A stretch of DNA of 64,000 nt from an uncultured Gammaproteobacteria bacterium (lineage in GTDB: Bacteria > Patescibacteriota > Microgenomatia > CAYXHB01 > CAZYTL01): NCBI GenBank assembly GCA_964650355.1, contig CAZYTL010000001.1, positions 149,552 to 213,551 of the forward strand. The letters are read 5' to 3'. Under the pieces are notes generated by a model. The model made no database searches and was not told where the DNA came from. It was given only the letters and a program-made list of their open reading frames with translations. The translations under genes and the position numbers were made by a program. Below are positions 49,801-59,437 of the stretch, one piece after another (the first letter of the stretch is position 1; every line of letters begins with the position of its first letter).

Positions 49801-52800
49801 GGCGTTACATAGTTATTATGGATATACTCAATTACTTGGAATGTGGCGTAAGTGTCTTTATTCGGCTTGGCTGTCTCATTAAAAAATTTCTTGCTGTAAA
49901 CTCCGGTCTCGGCCGCCTGCTCTACCACACTGAAGGTCAATTCCCTGAACTTCCCGGCTGATTGCTGAAGAATATTAAATTGTTCATCGCCAATTCCCCG
50001 CTTAGCTAAATGCTTCTTAAAATAATCTAGTGTCTCTTGTGCGTATTCGCCTTGTAAACCATATGGGTTGGCAATATCCTTACGATCTCCAAGCTCCCTT
50101 TCAAGCTTAAGCAGAGTTCCCAAATCATCCTCAGTCATTCCTAATTGATCTAAGGGTGAAGTGATGTCTTTAATAACTGAATCCAGATAGAGATAAACCG
50201 CATTTCTCCTCATCTGCATTTCCTCTAGCTGCATCCGAAGTCGTTGTTTGGGAGATATAATAATGCCGTAGTCTTTTGAAATTGAGTCTACCTTGCGATA
50301 AATAGGATCAAAGCGGGTAATGTGCTGTCTCATAAAGCCCGCCCAAACAGACATTACTCTTTCCATTATCGACTGTCGGGGAAGCTTCTCTTCCATGATT
50401 CCCTTACGGATAGCCTTTGCCTCTGCAAAACCCTCGTAGATGGCATTTAGCCGCTTCTCCTGCACTACATCAGCTGGCTCGTTAAGCAAATCCCAAATTA
50501 CAAACAAATTTTCTTGTACTGCTGGCTTACGGTCTAAATATTCAATAAAGCCCTGCCAGAACTTAGGAGCTTCTGTCTGTAATCGCTTGGGATCATTAAA
50601 TAAGACACTGATCGCATCGGCGTATAATTCCTTTGAAGATCGACGGTATTTATCGTATTTACTTCCTCCCTTACGTTCAAATTCTCCCCGCCATTTTGCA
50701 GATAAATCCATTAACTCATTTCTAATCGCCTTGTTGGTTGATAAATTTCCATAAGTTCCGGCTATATGTTTTTTTAATGTTGCCAATCGCCCCAATAAAT
50801 TACCCCGCGACAACAATTCGTCGGGTAAATAATCAACCAAATGACCAATCTCATGTGCCAAAGTTTTAGTAGCCGTCTCAATATCTGAAAAAATATCAGC
50901 CCTTAATTTAATTTTTCCACCTTCCTTACCGATAAAAACCCCCAAAGCTTTTTGTCCCCCTCTCGTTCCGACTTGTTTCTTAACTACTGGATATTTATTC
51001 ATCAATTCCCTTGTGAGTCCAACCATCTCTGGAAATGGAACTATCTTCACTTCACTCTGAATCTTTGTCAAATTCGGTAATGATTCAAAACCACCAATAG
51101 CAGCAGCTGAAGTCGTGCCTTTTTTCACTAGAGTTTCTCCTTTCGCCAATGCCTCAACCTGCTTCATTAAAACGTTTTCACTTATTCCCAACGCTGTCGC
51201 AACCTCATCAGAGGCCAGTTGACCATTTTTACCCTCTGGAATATGTTCACGGAATAATAAACCAGTCTTCTTACTTTTCTTCTCAGCCAAAAGTCTAAAC
51301 ACTTTCACTAAATACTTAACATCATCGGCAGAATTTCCATACTTAGCGTATTTATCCACAACTCCTTCCTTTTGTGCTCGTTTCATTTCCAACTCTCTCT
51401 CTCGATTTACTGCATTTAATAGTTTTTCATAAGCTGGCTTGATACCTTCAATTCCTGAATATAACTCCTGGGCAGCCGCCAGATCTCCGCTATCAATCGC
51501 TTCCTTTACCATCTCTAGTTCAGCCTTGGTTTCTTCCGGTAAATTCTTCAATAATACCTCTACTGTTTCTGATGGGGGAGGGGCTTCCTTTAATTCTTTT
51601 GCTGTCTGCTTAATTTTATCTGATAACTTACCTGTTTCTAAAAGATTCTTATTATTGGGGTAAATTACCAACTTGGAATCAGTTATCTCTCCTTTTAATA
51701 CGCGTAGCCTTTCTTGTAGATAATCCCTTTGCTGATTAATATCTTCACTTTCTTTTCCTGATAACTCATCCAACTTTTTCTGAATAGCTTCTGGATCAAT
51801 TGAATTAAGAACAGATTCACCCAATCGCCGTTTTTTTATTTCTTGTTTAATTATCTTAGGTACTGAGGGCTCCACAATTTCCACTCTCAATGCAGTCTCA
51901 TCTTCCGTGGGTGATATTTTTATATTTTTATTGTCCCGTTGCGCTTGAAGTGCCGCCTGGAATACCTGCTTGCCAGTATCGCCCTTAATTTCATTTTTCG
52001 CCAACATCTTCATTGCCTCATCCGGTGTCAATTCTATGGTTGACAATGCCTTTACCACTTCCTCTTGTTGGGGTGTGCGCTCTTCGCGGGGTATCTCAAT
52101 TGCCTTCTGAATCTTTTCTTTTATTTGTTGACCAACTTCTTCCGGAGTTGATTTTTTTCCCGTCAATCCAATCACCCCGGAAACTGTCACATCTGAGAAA
52201 CCACCAAGCAATGCCCCAACCACCGCCGATTCCTTAACCCCCTCAAATAAATCCTTGTGTTTGTTATAAGTTTGAGCCACGGCGTTTTGGACAATTTGTT
52301 GAAGTCCCTCCGTGACCCCTTCCATGCCGGACTGAATCGCCACATCAACCATCCCCTCTGTAATCATTTTTAGTAATGGCTTTTTAACTGTGGATCCTAA
52401 GCCTGTTTTCCTGATTAGTCTTTCTAAGGGAATCACGTCTAGTGCGCCCATGATGGATCCACCAATCATGGCTAAGGGCATTGCTTCATTATCGGAAAGT
52501 CCTGCGGTTCTTGCTTCTACATAAACATCATTGGCGTTCAATCCATAAGAAGTAGATAAACCGACCTCCGTAGCCAATATTGGGTTCTTCGTCACTACCT
52601 CTGTAGCCAAAGCCAGACCATAGCTAACAGCCATCTGGGGTACATTGTATGCGGCCATTTCTAAATAACCCTGCAATCCTGTCGAAGGCGTATAGGTCTT
52701 TTTGAATTCCTCCTCTGCCTTTTGTTGTTTTGTATATCCAGACTCCTTAAGCTGTCTAGCATATTCAGGTGATCCAATGATTGGACCCTGGATGGTAAGT

Positions 52801-53186
52801 GCTGATTCTTTCGGCTGATATTTTTCGCCACCAGGCAAAATCTTTAATGTTGTCTTAATAAAAGCTCTATTAATTTTCCTCTGAATGTCTGTTAAATTAG
52901 CCAGGATAATTCCGCCGGCAGTCTCAAACTGCCCAGGCGTGGCTTTCAACCCACCAACAAAAGATTGTCCCAGTTTTTGAAGATTCAACCCCTCAATTGT
53001 ACCCGTTTCCTGTGGTCCAGTTTCTATTTTATGTATTGGCTCCGTGGGTATAATCGGTCTATTTGTACTGGGCAGGAATTTGACAATTTCCTCATGTGTT
53101 GGAATTCCAAGTCGTTGGGTACTTAAAACCTGGTTCTTTTTAAGTTCCTGTTCTATTTGCTGGTGAGTGGGAAGGGTGAAGGGCAT
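46878..53186 (-). CDS. Large polyvalent/ejection protein: zincin motif, LPD38-like region, C-terminal lytic transglycosylase
   Basis: LAHEIGH...ELYAD; DKTNYIIVP..YWRIPQ; SESGFNP..D.GIAQLN..AYNRG. Confidence 0.8.
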   Translation of the reverse strand: MPFTLPTHQQIEQELKKNQVLSTQRLGIPTHEEIVKFLPSTNRPIIPTEPIHKIETGPQETGTIEGLNLQKLGQSFVGGLKATPGQFETAGGIILANLTDIQRKINRAFIKTTLKILPGGEKYQPKESALTIQGPIIGSPEYARQLKESGYTKQQKAEEEFKKTYTPSTGLQGYLEMAAYNVPQMAVSYGLALATEVVTKNPILATEVGLSTSYGLNANDVYVEARTAGLSDNEAMPLAMIGGSIMGALDVIPLERLIRKTGLGSTVKKPLLKMITEGMVDVAIQSGMEGVTEGLQQIVQNAVAQTYNKHKDLFEGVKESAVVGALLGGFSDVTVSGVIGLTGKKSTPEEVGQQIKEKIQKAIEIPREERTPQQEEVVKALSTIELTPDEAMKMLAKNEIKGDTGKQVFQAALQAQRDNKNIKISPTEDETALRVEIVEPSVPKIIKQEIKKRRLGESVLNSIDPEAIQKKLDELSGKESEDINQQRDYLQERLRVLKGEITDSKLVIYPNNKNLLETGKLSDKIKQTAKELKEAPPPSETVEVLLKNLPEETKAELEMVKEAIDSGDLAAAQELYSGIEGIKPAYEKLLNAVNRERELEMKRAQKEGVVDKYAKYGNSADDVKYLVKVFRLLAEKKSKKTGLLFREHIPEGKNGQLASDEVATALGISENVLMKQVEALAKGETLVKKGTTSAAAIGGFESLPNLTKIQSEVKIVPFPEMVGLTRELMNKYPVVKKQVGTRGGQKALGVFIGKEGGKIKLRADIFSDIETATKTLAHEIGHLVDYLPDELLSRGNLLGRLATLKKHIAGTYGNLSTNKAIRNELMDLSAKWRGEFERKGGSKYDKYRRSSKELYADAISVLFNDPKRLQTEAPKFWQGFIEYLDRKPAVQENLFVIWDLLNEPADVVQEKRLNAIYEGFAEAKAIRKGIMEEKLPRQSIMERVMSVWAGFMRQHITRFDPIYRKVDSISKDYGIIISPKQRLRMQLEEMQMRRNAVYLYLDSVIKDITSPLDQLGMTEDDLGTLLKLERELGDRKDIANPYGLQGEYAQETLDYFKKHLAKRGIGDEQFNILQQSAGKFRELTFSVVEQAAETGVYSKKFFNETAKPNKDTYATFQVIEYIHNNYVTPAIKEAIGTLKPIENPATSSILKTAALIEQIELQKGKRAVVDQLLENFPTDISKSKPVKPKGVRVGWKKVKNRVPLELFEDGKRIAYDVDPYIAQMFDFYLPGEIHNIVKASGAFNRLFKPVVTTYNISWGFYANIIRDAKRTYKNLGAILPQVGNKKGLSIIEFISEYLKAIPGAYRYQNDVIDPLVREALDYRAFTTPFTKFDTTANEAEWLKPIIKRYRPVTDDVKQGGLKEQMLKPVRKILNGIELVGSTFETTSKVAGYQLTKKRELSGREAGFITRNYVGTPNFIDGGNQKVVDNNVFVFSNVALQALRTDFELATNPQTRSGYWMKTFQVDILPKMLMLAGIAGLFGATVKEILDKATEYDKTNYIIVPLGLRKNGKATYWRIPQDETGRLFSAVVWKLGTYLNHDLKKPEQIGYLLSGYIPSMTPLWEIGGAWMNVLQGKNPYDNYRGRPVVDDITWKAGGLPMYMKMIKWTTNELGFSQFTTYSDETDTTLDYLLKNIPLVNRAIKSTDYGMKESEQVIKKELDKQAAQRVLKERKILADYIKRGKENPESVDRLKKELVREVVGDKILTEADRRRRTNTLKKFKIGLIKGEVSQEMDSLIEATTNDEKVELMKLYKKSLTPEQYDDLLNTARKNKVISDEALKRIRREVGEAPTDEQNLLLGFLESAHAKIVPDVLAAENWTKADWEREKANPKPSFWEKVKRAITRLFQREPVTWVSPTAKPEGLTEKTDEDPYRVRDLLNGKIEVSYPNGQTSIFDTEEEKDRALAAWQKMYPEVTGKEWPDGAPNYIASQEAAAEVQQSSKNPEPIPTSAIVSGFKEKERKKPNEQIGGLINSAAENSGVVPAVMASIFFSESGFNPGAKNQNSDGSWDVGIAQLNSNAHPNVTQEQALDPVFSIVYATKIIKQNLKTFEGDYAKAIVAYNRGVNRVKSKDIDTLGKQYLNKVVAGIDPVVLKELGLKISY

Positions 53187-53197
53187 AATTCATAAAA

Positions 53198-54679
53198 TCA
53201 CAACGCCTGAAGAACCTCATTTCGAATGTCCTCCGGCACGTTAGAAATAGTCGCCTGCCCGTTATTAATTGCATTAGCCCACGTCTGTATCTCTGATTCA
53301 TTGTTGGCATTGGCTGCATAACTAGTCCGATATTGCTTTTCCAACTCCTTAACCATCGCCGGGCCAAAAGATATCCTCGACGCGCTCTGGGCTGCCGTTA
53401 AATACTCTTGGAATGTTGGTGCACCCGCCTTAATCTGTAGTGCTGCCAACACCTCATTTCTTATTTCCTCTGGCACCTGAGAAATCGTAGCTAATCCATT
53501 ACGTACCGCATATACCCAGGTCTGCACATCACTGTCTGTACTGACTGTACCGTCTTTGGGAACCCTGTAATAATGAACAGTTCCTCTTGAATCAATAAAA
53601 CTTCTTAGTTGGCTGGCCGGCACGGTTGAAGGATTAACCACCGCCACCCCACCCTCCAGAGTTATTTTATTCGCCTGCTCTTTTACTTCATTGGCATACT
53701 GAGCATTAGCCAATTTAGAATTGATCGTCTCGACTGAATCATTTAGTGATACTCCCCCCTGGGCCATCAATAAAGCAGTGTTCGGATCCACCATTAATTC
53801 CTTAATCATGTTGACTGCTGCCTGGGCATTAGTAAGGTCTGTCTTTTTAAGATTAAGCTGTTCTTCAGCCAATTTTTTAGATTCATTATCCAAACTAACA
53901 ATATCCTGACGATTCAAATTCAAAATTGTCTCATAATAGGCAATCTGGTCCTGTCTATCCGCGGTAATTGCCCCCACCGATCTATCAATCATATTCTCAG
54001 CCACCGCTATTTGGCCGTTCCTGGCATTAATTACTGCCTCTATAACCCCTGCCCGGGCAGCCACATCATCCATTGTCTTTTGGATCCGGGGATTCCGGAC
54101 CGCCGCCAATCCTGTAATTTCCTTTTGTTGTTTGATCAGATCATTTCCCTCTGTTAATAATTGATCCAATTCATTAACTAATTTTTGATTTTCCTCAAAA
54201 TTCTGATTAATATACAAACTCTCCCGCTGTGTCTTCTCTAAGTCTGCCCTAAATGGCTCAGTCAATGGCTTAACTTTCTCTAAAGTTTGCTGCTCCTTTT
54301 GTCTCGCCGCCTCCATTTGTGCATTATTTAAGTCCTGTTGCTGTTTTAGGCTGTCCTCCAACGCCTTTCTTGCCGTATCTAATTGACCCTGTAAACTTGT
54401 GACATATGACTGATTCGCTCCGGAGCTTAATGGTACGCTGACCGGCGTCTGAATCTGGTTTGCCTGATATTCTTGCTGTTGTTGCTGTACGTATTGAACA
54501 TTCGCCGGATTAGTCTGCGCAATTACCTCTGCGGAGGTCTGTTTCCCTGGCTCGTATTCACCTGAAGCCAATAATTGACCATTTAGATATCGCCTTGAGT
54601 CGTACCACTTTCCCTCTTCGGGGGCAACAATCTTTCCATTGTCTAGTCTAATTTGATTTCCTGAAATTAATGTAGCCAT
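53198..54679 (-). CDS. Putative internal virion/DNA-ejection protein
   Basis: Gln/Ala coiled-coil; duplicated C-terminal motif QTW..A..NG.ATIS.VPE.IRNEVL.AL. Confidence 0.65.
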   Translation of the reverse strand: MATLISGNQIRLDNGKIVAPEEGKWYDSRRYLNGQLLASGEYEPGKQTSAEVIAQTNPANVQYVQQQQQEYQANQIQTPVSVPLSSGANQSYVTSLQGQLDTARKALEDSLKQQQDLNNAQMEAARQKEQQTLEKVKPLTEPFRADLEKTQRESLYINQNFEENQKLVNELDQLLTEGNDLIKQQKEITGLAAVRNPRIQKTMDDVAARAGVIEAVINARNGQIAVAENMIDRSVGAITADRQDQIAYYETILNLNRQDIVSLDNESKKLAEEQLNLKKTDLTNAQAAVNMIKELMVDPNTALLMAQGGVSLNDSVETINSKLANAQYANEVKEQANKITLEGGVAVVNPSTVPASQLRSFIDSRGTVHYYRVPKDGTVSTDSDVQTWVYAVRNGLATISQVPEEIRNEVLAALQIKAGAPTFQEYLTAAQSASRISFGPAMVKELEKQYRTSYAANANNESEIQTWANAINNGQATISNVPEDIRNEVLQAL

Positions 54680-54729
54680 AAAAAAGCGCCGTGGATATCC
54701 ACAACGCTTTTAATAAATATATTATAACA
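54680..54729 (-). promoter_or_regulatory. Promoter-hairpin cassette copy 8
   Basis: TGTTATAAT-10nt-AAAGCGTTGTGG ATAT CCACGGCGCTTTTTT-ATG. Confidence 0.85.
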
Positions 54730-54733
54730 GCTA

Positions 54734-55561
54734 TTAGGCTATTTGGTCTTTGAAAATAATTACTCTGAAATTATAGTCTTTATCAGATCCTTGTGAAGTC
54801 TGCCTTACATTACACACAATATCGCTTATCGAAGCATATGCGTCAATAATCACGGGCTGTGGCGCCCGCCCTTGAGGAAGTATTCGTTGGTAACTATCCA
54901 ACCATGTATATTTCACATAGGCTATAAACGCAGGCACATATCCCAATGAATGAGAAACTGAAATAGAGCCAGTTAAATTACCGGCTGGAATAGTCAAATC
55001 CTTCGTCTGGTCATCGTGGTACTTTAGCATTGGCAAGTCAGGATGTAATAAAATTTCCCCGATATCAGTTGTTGCAACATCAGCCCCTTCCTTAACAACC
55101 TTTATCCCGTAATCTGCGGTTAACAAACTTGCAATATCTCCACTTTCATCACCCCCTAAAAAGTACCCAAAATAATTAACTGTAATATCGCCACCGCTAC
55201 TGTTTCTTAAATATAACCTGAATTTTGTGCTATCAACGTAACTAAACGCCAGGTCACCGTTTCCGTCTATTCCAACATCAACCCAAACATTCGAGTCAAT
55301 ATCTAGTGACGATCTTTTAATTGCTCCCATCCACCATCTGAAAGTCGATTGTTTTGTCCAAAACAAAGTTACCGGGACAAATGGTAGCCCATGATTGATC
55401 TCCACGGCTGCGTAACTGCCCGCCGGCACGTTTACGGATCCGGAGAAAGACCCGCAAATTTTAACGGTCCCATAACCAGAGTGCAGGACAAAGTCCCGAG
55501 GATCATTAGAGCCAATATCTTTTCCAGGCCGGCTAATCTTAGCCCCATATTCAGTAGTCAT
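54734..55561 (-). CDS. Putative tail protein, two tandem domains
   Basis: YG.K....G.D and H.L..VP motifs each twice. Confidence 0.65.
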   Translation of the reverse strand: MTTEYGAKISRPGKDIGSNDPRDFVLHSGYGTVKICGSFSGSVNVPAGSYAAVEINHGLPFVPVTLFWTKQSTFRWWMGAIKRSSLDIDSNVWVDVGIDGNGDLAFSYVDSTKFRLYLRNSSGGDITVNYFGYFLGGDESGDIASLLTADYGIKVVKEGADVATTDIGEILLHPDLPMLKYHDDQTKDLTIPAGNLTGSISVSHSLGYVPAFIAYVKYTWLDSYQRILPQGRAPQPVIIDAYASISDIVCNVRQTSQGSDKDYNFRVIIFKDQIA

Positions 55562-55563
55562 AT

Positions 55564-55878
55564 TTATCTAGCTTCTTGATGGAAATAATAATAACGAATC
55601 TCGTTAGAGCTTCCATTATTTAAGTTTGTTCCGTTAACTCCAACGTTTTGAGTTCCCCAACAGGCAGAATAACGAGTCATTGTCCCGACCACTTTATTAA
55701 CTGCAAAATAAATTGGCACATAGGATAGACCATGAGCCTGATTGTTGCCGGCAGCTAGATTTCCAAACCCCGCAGTCTTCAACATATTCAATTCAGAACT
55801 CATTATCAGGTCCTTGTCGGCTGCTGTCTTTACATCGTGTCCAGGCTTGGAAACTTTAAATCCATAAACTTCAGACAT
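55564..55878 (-). CDS. Putative tail protein (same domain family as 54734)
   Basis: YGFKVSKPGHDV...HGLSYVP. Confidence 0.65.
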   Translation of the reverse strand: MSEVYGFKVSKPGHDVKTAADKDLIMSSELNMLKTAGFGNLAAGNNQAHGLSYVPIYFAVNKVVGTMTRYSACWGTQNVGVNGTNLNNGSSNEIRYYYFHQEAR

Positions 55879-55880
55879 AA

Positions 55881-56168
55881 CTAAAACTTACCCAATAACA
55901 CACGGTCATTTGTCTTATCGTTAATAAAAAATTGTCCATCCATAGTTATCCGAATCGTGCCATCAGCAAAATCAGCCGATCCCATCCACATACCATTCTC
56001 ATCTATGCCGAAAATATTATCCCCGTAGCCACGCTTAAAGGCGTTGGAAAAAGCCGACAATCCTCCGATTCGCTGGCCTATCTCCATCATCCCCGGATCC
56101 AGTTGCAATTCCAATTCTGCCGGAAGAATCGGTGTTGGCAATTTGGGTGTTAGATCTTTGATTGCCAT
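55881..56168 (-). CDS. Putative tail protein
   Basis: GMWMGSADF, DRVLLG; tightly packed in tail module. Confidence 0.6.
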   Translation of the reverse strand: MAIKDLTPKLPTPILPAELELQLDPGMMEIGQRIGGLSAFSNAFKRGYGDNIFGIDENGMWMGSADFADGTIRITMDGQFFINDKTNDRVLLGKF

Positions 56169-56170
56169 AT

Positions 56171-57622
56171 TTAACGCTCAACAAATACTCCCAATAAAGT
56201 AATCTTCCGGATCAAACAATTATTAGTAGTATTTCCATTTGTCCAATCGACCACCACCCTGACATCCTCAACCGGACCTAAATCAATAGAGCGGAAAACA
56301 TGCCTGGTTTTATTTGTCCCGCTTATCTGCAAGGCGGTTGCAGACTTAGCACCCTGATTTCCCTCCAAAGTAATATCAGCTCTGGCACTGGCTCCTAATG
56401 CTTTTGTCTGTACAATTACATCTGTAATCTTCCCCAATATTCTTCCCTCTGTTAAATCTATGAGGATACTCTTCCAATTACATGCAGTTTCCAGCCCCCC
56501 AAATCGTGCCAGGCGGTGACTTGTGCTTCCATTTGAGCTAGCAATCATTGGAAGGTCAAAAGGCGCCCCGATCCCTCCCACAAGGTTATATCCACCAAGT
56601 CTTAACCGACTGATCTGAATCGGTAACTGCTCCACTGGTGCCCCACAGTCCCAAAGATATCCGCCGGAGTAAAACAAAATGGTATTTTTATATAAAGTTT
56701 TTTGTCTATGGTCAGGTAATGATCCCTTAAAATATCGTAAAGGTTTAAGTTGTCTGCCTGAAATCCAACCAATCGCAAAGATTGTGGCAGCTAAATCATC
56801 TGAAACATAAGCCACATATACAATTCCGTTTAAAACATACAAAAATCCGATCTTCTGGGCTCCCACCCCTACTTCATCAGATAAAACATTGGAAAGAATC
56901 GATCCATCATAAATATATATTCGACTCTCCCGCCCTGCTACGTTGTTAACGGCAATCCACCAGACATTGGCATGAAACACCACATCTACCACTTCGTTTC
57001 CATCTCCGAAATTTAATTTTTGCACATCAAGTATTGCATCTTCCTCAATATAAACTCCCAAATACTGGCCATTACCAAAAACCAGAATACCCTTTTCTAT
57101 CTCATGGACCGCCGCTGGATGGGGTGCCTTTTCCAATGCCTGGTCCGTGGTCGATCCCCAGTCTGGATCAATCGCTTCGGTGTCCAATGGCATTGCTGCG
57201 ATCTCGCCGGCACTTTCAGTGTTGTAAAAAACAAATAAATTATTCCCTAGTCTGACAATGCTTTCCCCCTCGGCCATATTGGTAATTGTCTGTGGCCAAC
57301 TGGGAGTGCCACCGTTTTTCACCGTGTAATAATTTTCAATCTTAAATAATTTAGTAGTCCCTACTGCGAATGTGATTCCCGTGGCTGTTGGCTTATCCAA
57401 AATGAACCGGATCAACTGATCAACGACTCCGGACTCATTACCGTTTGTCAAGTCTAGTGAGCCAGGGCTTTGACCCAAAAATCCCGGAGTGCCGATTACA
57501 TCAGCCAACATCTCCGAAGCCTGCCCCCTGTCACCGATGAATGTTTGGCTATCAACGTGGGCTAGAGGGGAAAGTCCTTTATGAAAATCCGCAATCTCAA
57601 TCTTAAAATCTATATCTGCCAT
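56171..57622 (-). CDS. Putative tail nozzle/DNA-stabilisation beta-propeller protein
   Basis: 483 aa beta-rich, N-terminal DFHKGL, position before ejection genes. Confidence 0.6.
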   Translation of the reverse strand: MADIDFKIEIADFHKGLSPLAHVDSQTFIGDRGQASEMLADVIGTPGFLGQSPGSLDLTNGNESGVVDQLIRFILDKPTATGITFAVGTTKLFKIENYYTVKNGGTPSWPQTITNMAEGESIVRLGNNLFVFYNTESAGEIAAMPLDTEAIDPDWGSTTDQALEKAPHPAAVHEIEKGILVFGNGQYLGVYIEEDAILDVQKLNFGDGNEVVDVVFHANVWWIAVNNVAGRESRIYIYDGSILSNVLSDEVGVGAQKIGFLYVLNGIVYVAYVSDDLAATIFAIGWISGRQLKPLRYFKGSLPDHRQKTLYKNTILFYSGGYLWDCGAPVEQLPIQISRLRLGGYNLVGGIGAPFDLPMIASSNGSTSHRLARFGGLETACNWKSILIDLTEGRILGKITDVIVQTKALGASARADITLEGNQGAKSATALQISGTNKTRHVFRSIDLGPVEDVRVVVDWTNGNTTNNCLIRKITLLGVFVER

Positions 57623-57632
57623 AATTCACCTC

Positions 57633-59411
57633 CTAAGTCGGGGCAGGCAACTGGGCCTGTACTATCTCTGGATTCTTATTCGACAACGCTCCGGCTTGCT
57701 CTCTTTGGGGCAGTTGGGTCTCCGCAGGCGCCGTTTCTCTCCTGGGAGGGATAGGGATTCCCCTCGATCTGTAAATCTGGTCCAGGATCCAACCAATCCT
57801 CGCCGGATCCTTTTCTAATCCGATTAGATTTATCAAATCCTGTATCTGGTCCTGTATGTCGCTATTTTCACCAGTAATCGTTATAAACAACCTTGGCAAT
57901 ACATTTTTCCAGATTTCCTTAGAATTCTTAATTACTGGGTCTATCCGCCGCAATTCATCCAGCTTCTCCGCCTTAATTGTCTTAGCTATTTCTAGAGTAT
58001 GAGGACCGATTTTAACTAGATTTTGTGCATACCAACTCTCCGCCATAATTTCCCTGAATTGGTCTAAAATATCAGTGTCACCCACCAATCTGAAAATATC
58101 TTCACCCCTTAAATACTTCACCAACTCCGGCAATACCCACTCTCTGAATACCCGCTTATAAGGCAATGCCAGCTTTTGTCTTAACAACGCAAATAATCGT
58201 CCGGCGTTCTGATCAATCAATGCTCCCAACCTAAATGGCGTTCCGGAGGGCAATGATTCACCCCGGACCACCTCAAAAGAATTAGACAGTCTGTCCGCGT
58301 CGTTAATCAATCGGTTCCAGTCCGCTATCAGCTGATCCATCGCCTGCATCCTCACATCCAGCTGAGCCAGGTCCTCAGTGATCACCACGTCGCCATTATC
58401 TAAATCGGCTCGGATATTCTGCAACACAGTGGGATCCTTACTTCTGAAAATCACCTTGGAAGCCCATTCCAGCCCTGTAGCCAACTGATTCCCGATTTCA
58501 TTCGCTCTGATCTGGTGGTCAAATAGCAACTCATACATTCCTACCCGCCAAAATCTACCCTCGTAGCGTCCCCGGTGGGCATAGATATAATAATCAGACA
58601 TTTTTCCATCTAACTTCTCGGCGAACAACGTATACTTCTCCCCCGCCCCACTCTTCCTCAAACCCGCCAGGATTACCTTTGCTAAAAAGTGTTTATTTTC
58701 ATCTCCCCTCCCTTCCTCATTCACCTCATTAAACTCCTTTTCCGAAACTTCCCCGGTAAACTCAAAAATCTCATAAACCTTACCCGTCTTTTCAATGGGT
58801 GTGGTTTTATCAGCAGCCTTAAAAAACTTATTCCCTAATTCTTTAATTACCTCATCCACATGATTCCAATCCGACATAGATTTCAGCTCCGAAGCAATCA
58901 TCTCATGTCTTTCAATTAGGTCGGTGTTGTCAATCGACCTGGCTGTTTGATTAGTTATGTAAGCGTTCAGTGAATCTACCATCTCATAGCCGCCATCAAT
59001 CTTCTTAAACCCCACGTTTCCAGAAGTCACAAATTCCTCTACCGCCGCTTTTAATTTTTCATCTTCACCGTTTTCTGCCATCCATTCCTTCAGTTTGGCG
59101 TTAGAAATAAACACCGCTGGAAAATCCTTTTGAGGATTACGCGAAAAAATCAAGATGTGCTTGGTATCAAACCTTAAATTCTTCACCTCGCTGTCTGCCC
59201 GGTTAGAGATAATGTCAAAATAATAGTTGTAAGATAAATCCGCATTAATCTTGGTCCCCGACAAGTCACGATTCTTAAACCTATTTATCCTGTTAATTAG
59301 CTTATATTGACTAAAAAACACCCTCTCAGACAATTCAATATTCCGAGAGGTATAGTTCTCAATCTCGGATTCGATTCTGGAATATAATGTGGATTGGTTA
59401 GTCTTTGGCAT
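57633..59411 (-). CDS. Portal protein (podovirus-type)
   Basis: 592 aa; RFWRVGMYELL..Q...N, GESLPSGTP, ITITGEN pattern. Confidence 0.7.
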   Translation of the reverse strand: MPKTNQSTLYSRIESEIENYTSRNIELSERVFFSQYKLINRINRFKNRDLSGTKINADLSYNYYFDIISNRADSEVKNLRFDTKHILIFSRNPQKDFPAVFISNAKLKEWMAENGEDEKLKAAVEEFVTSGNVGFKKIDGGYEMVDSLNAYITNQTARSIDNTDLIERHEMIASELKSMSDWNHVDEVIKELGNKFFKAADKTTPIEKTGKVYEIFEFTGEVSEKEFNEVNEEGRGDENKHFLAKVILAGLRKSGAGEKYTLFAEKLDGKMSDYYIYAHRGRYEGRFWRVGMYELLFDHQIRANEIGNQLATGLEWASKVIFRSKDPTVLQNIRADLDNGDVVITEDLAQLDVRMQAMDQLIADWNRLINDADRLSNSFEVVRGESLPSGTPFRLGALIDQNAGRLFALLRQKLALPYKRVFREWVLPELVKYLRGEDIFRLVGDTDILDQFREIMAESWYAQNLVKIGPHTLEIAKTIKAEKLDELRRIDPVIKNSKEIWKNVLPRLFITITGENSDIQDQIQDLINLIGLEKDPARIGWILDQIYRSRGIPIPPRRETAPAETQLPQREQAGALSNKNPEIVQAQLPAPT

Positions 59412-59437
59412 ACGCTAAAAATTAACTTGGTCTGTAG

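Noticed and set aside
53198-53207. GCGTTGTGA core just upstream of the 2102-aa gene
   Set aside because: Encodes the Ala-Leu-stop of the previous gene; no AAA prefix, 3' arm or promoter.
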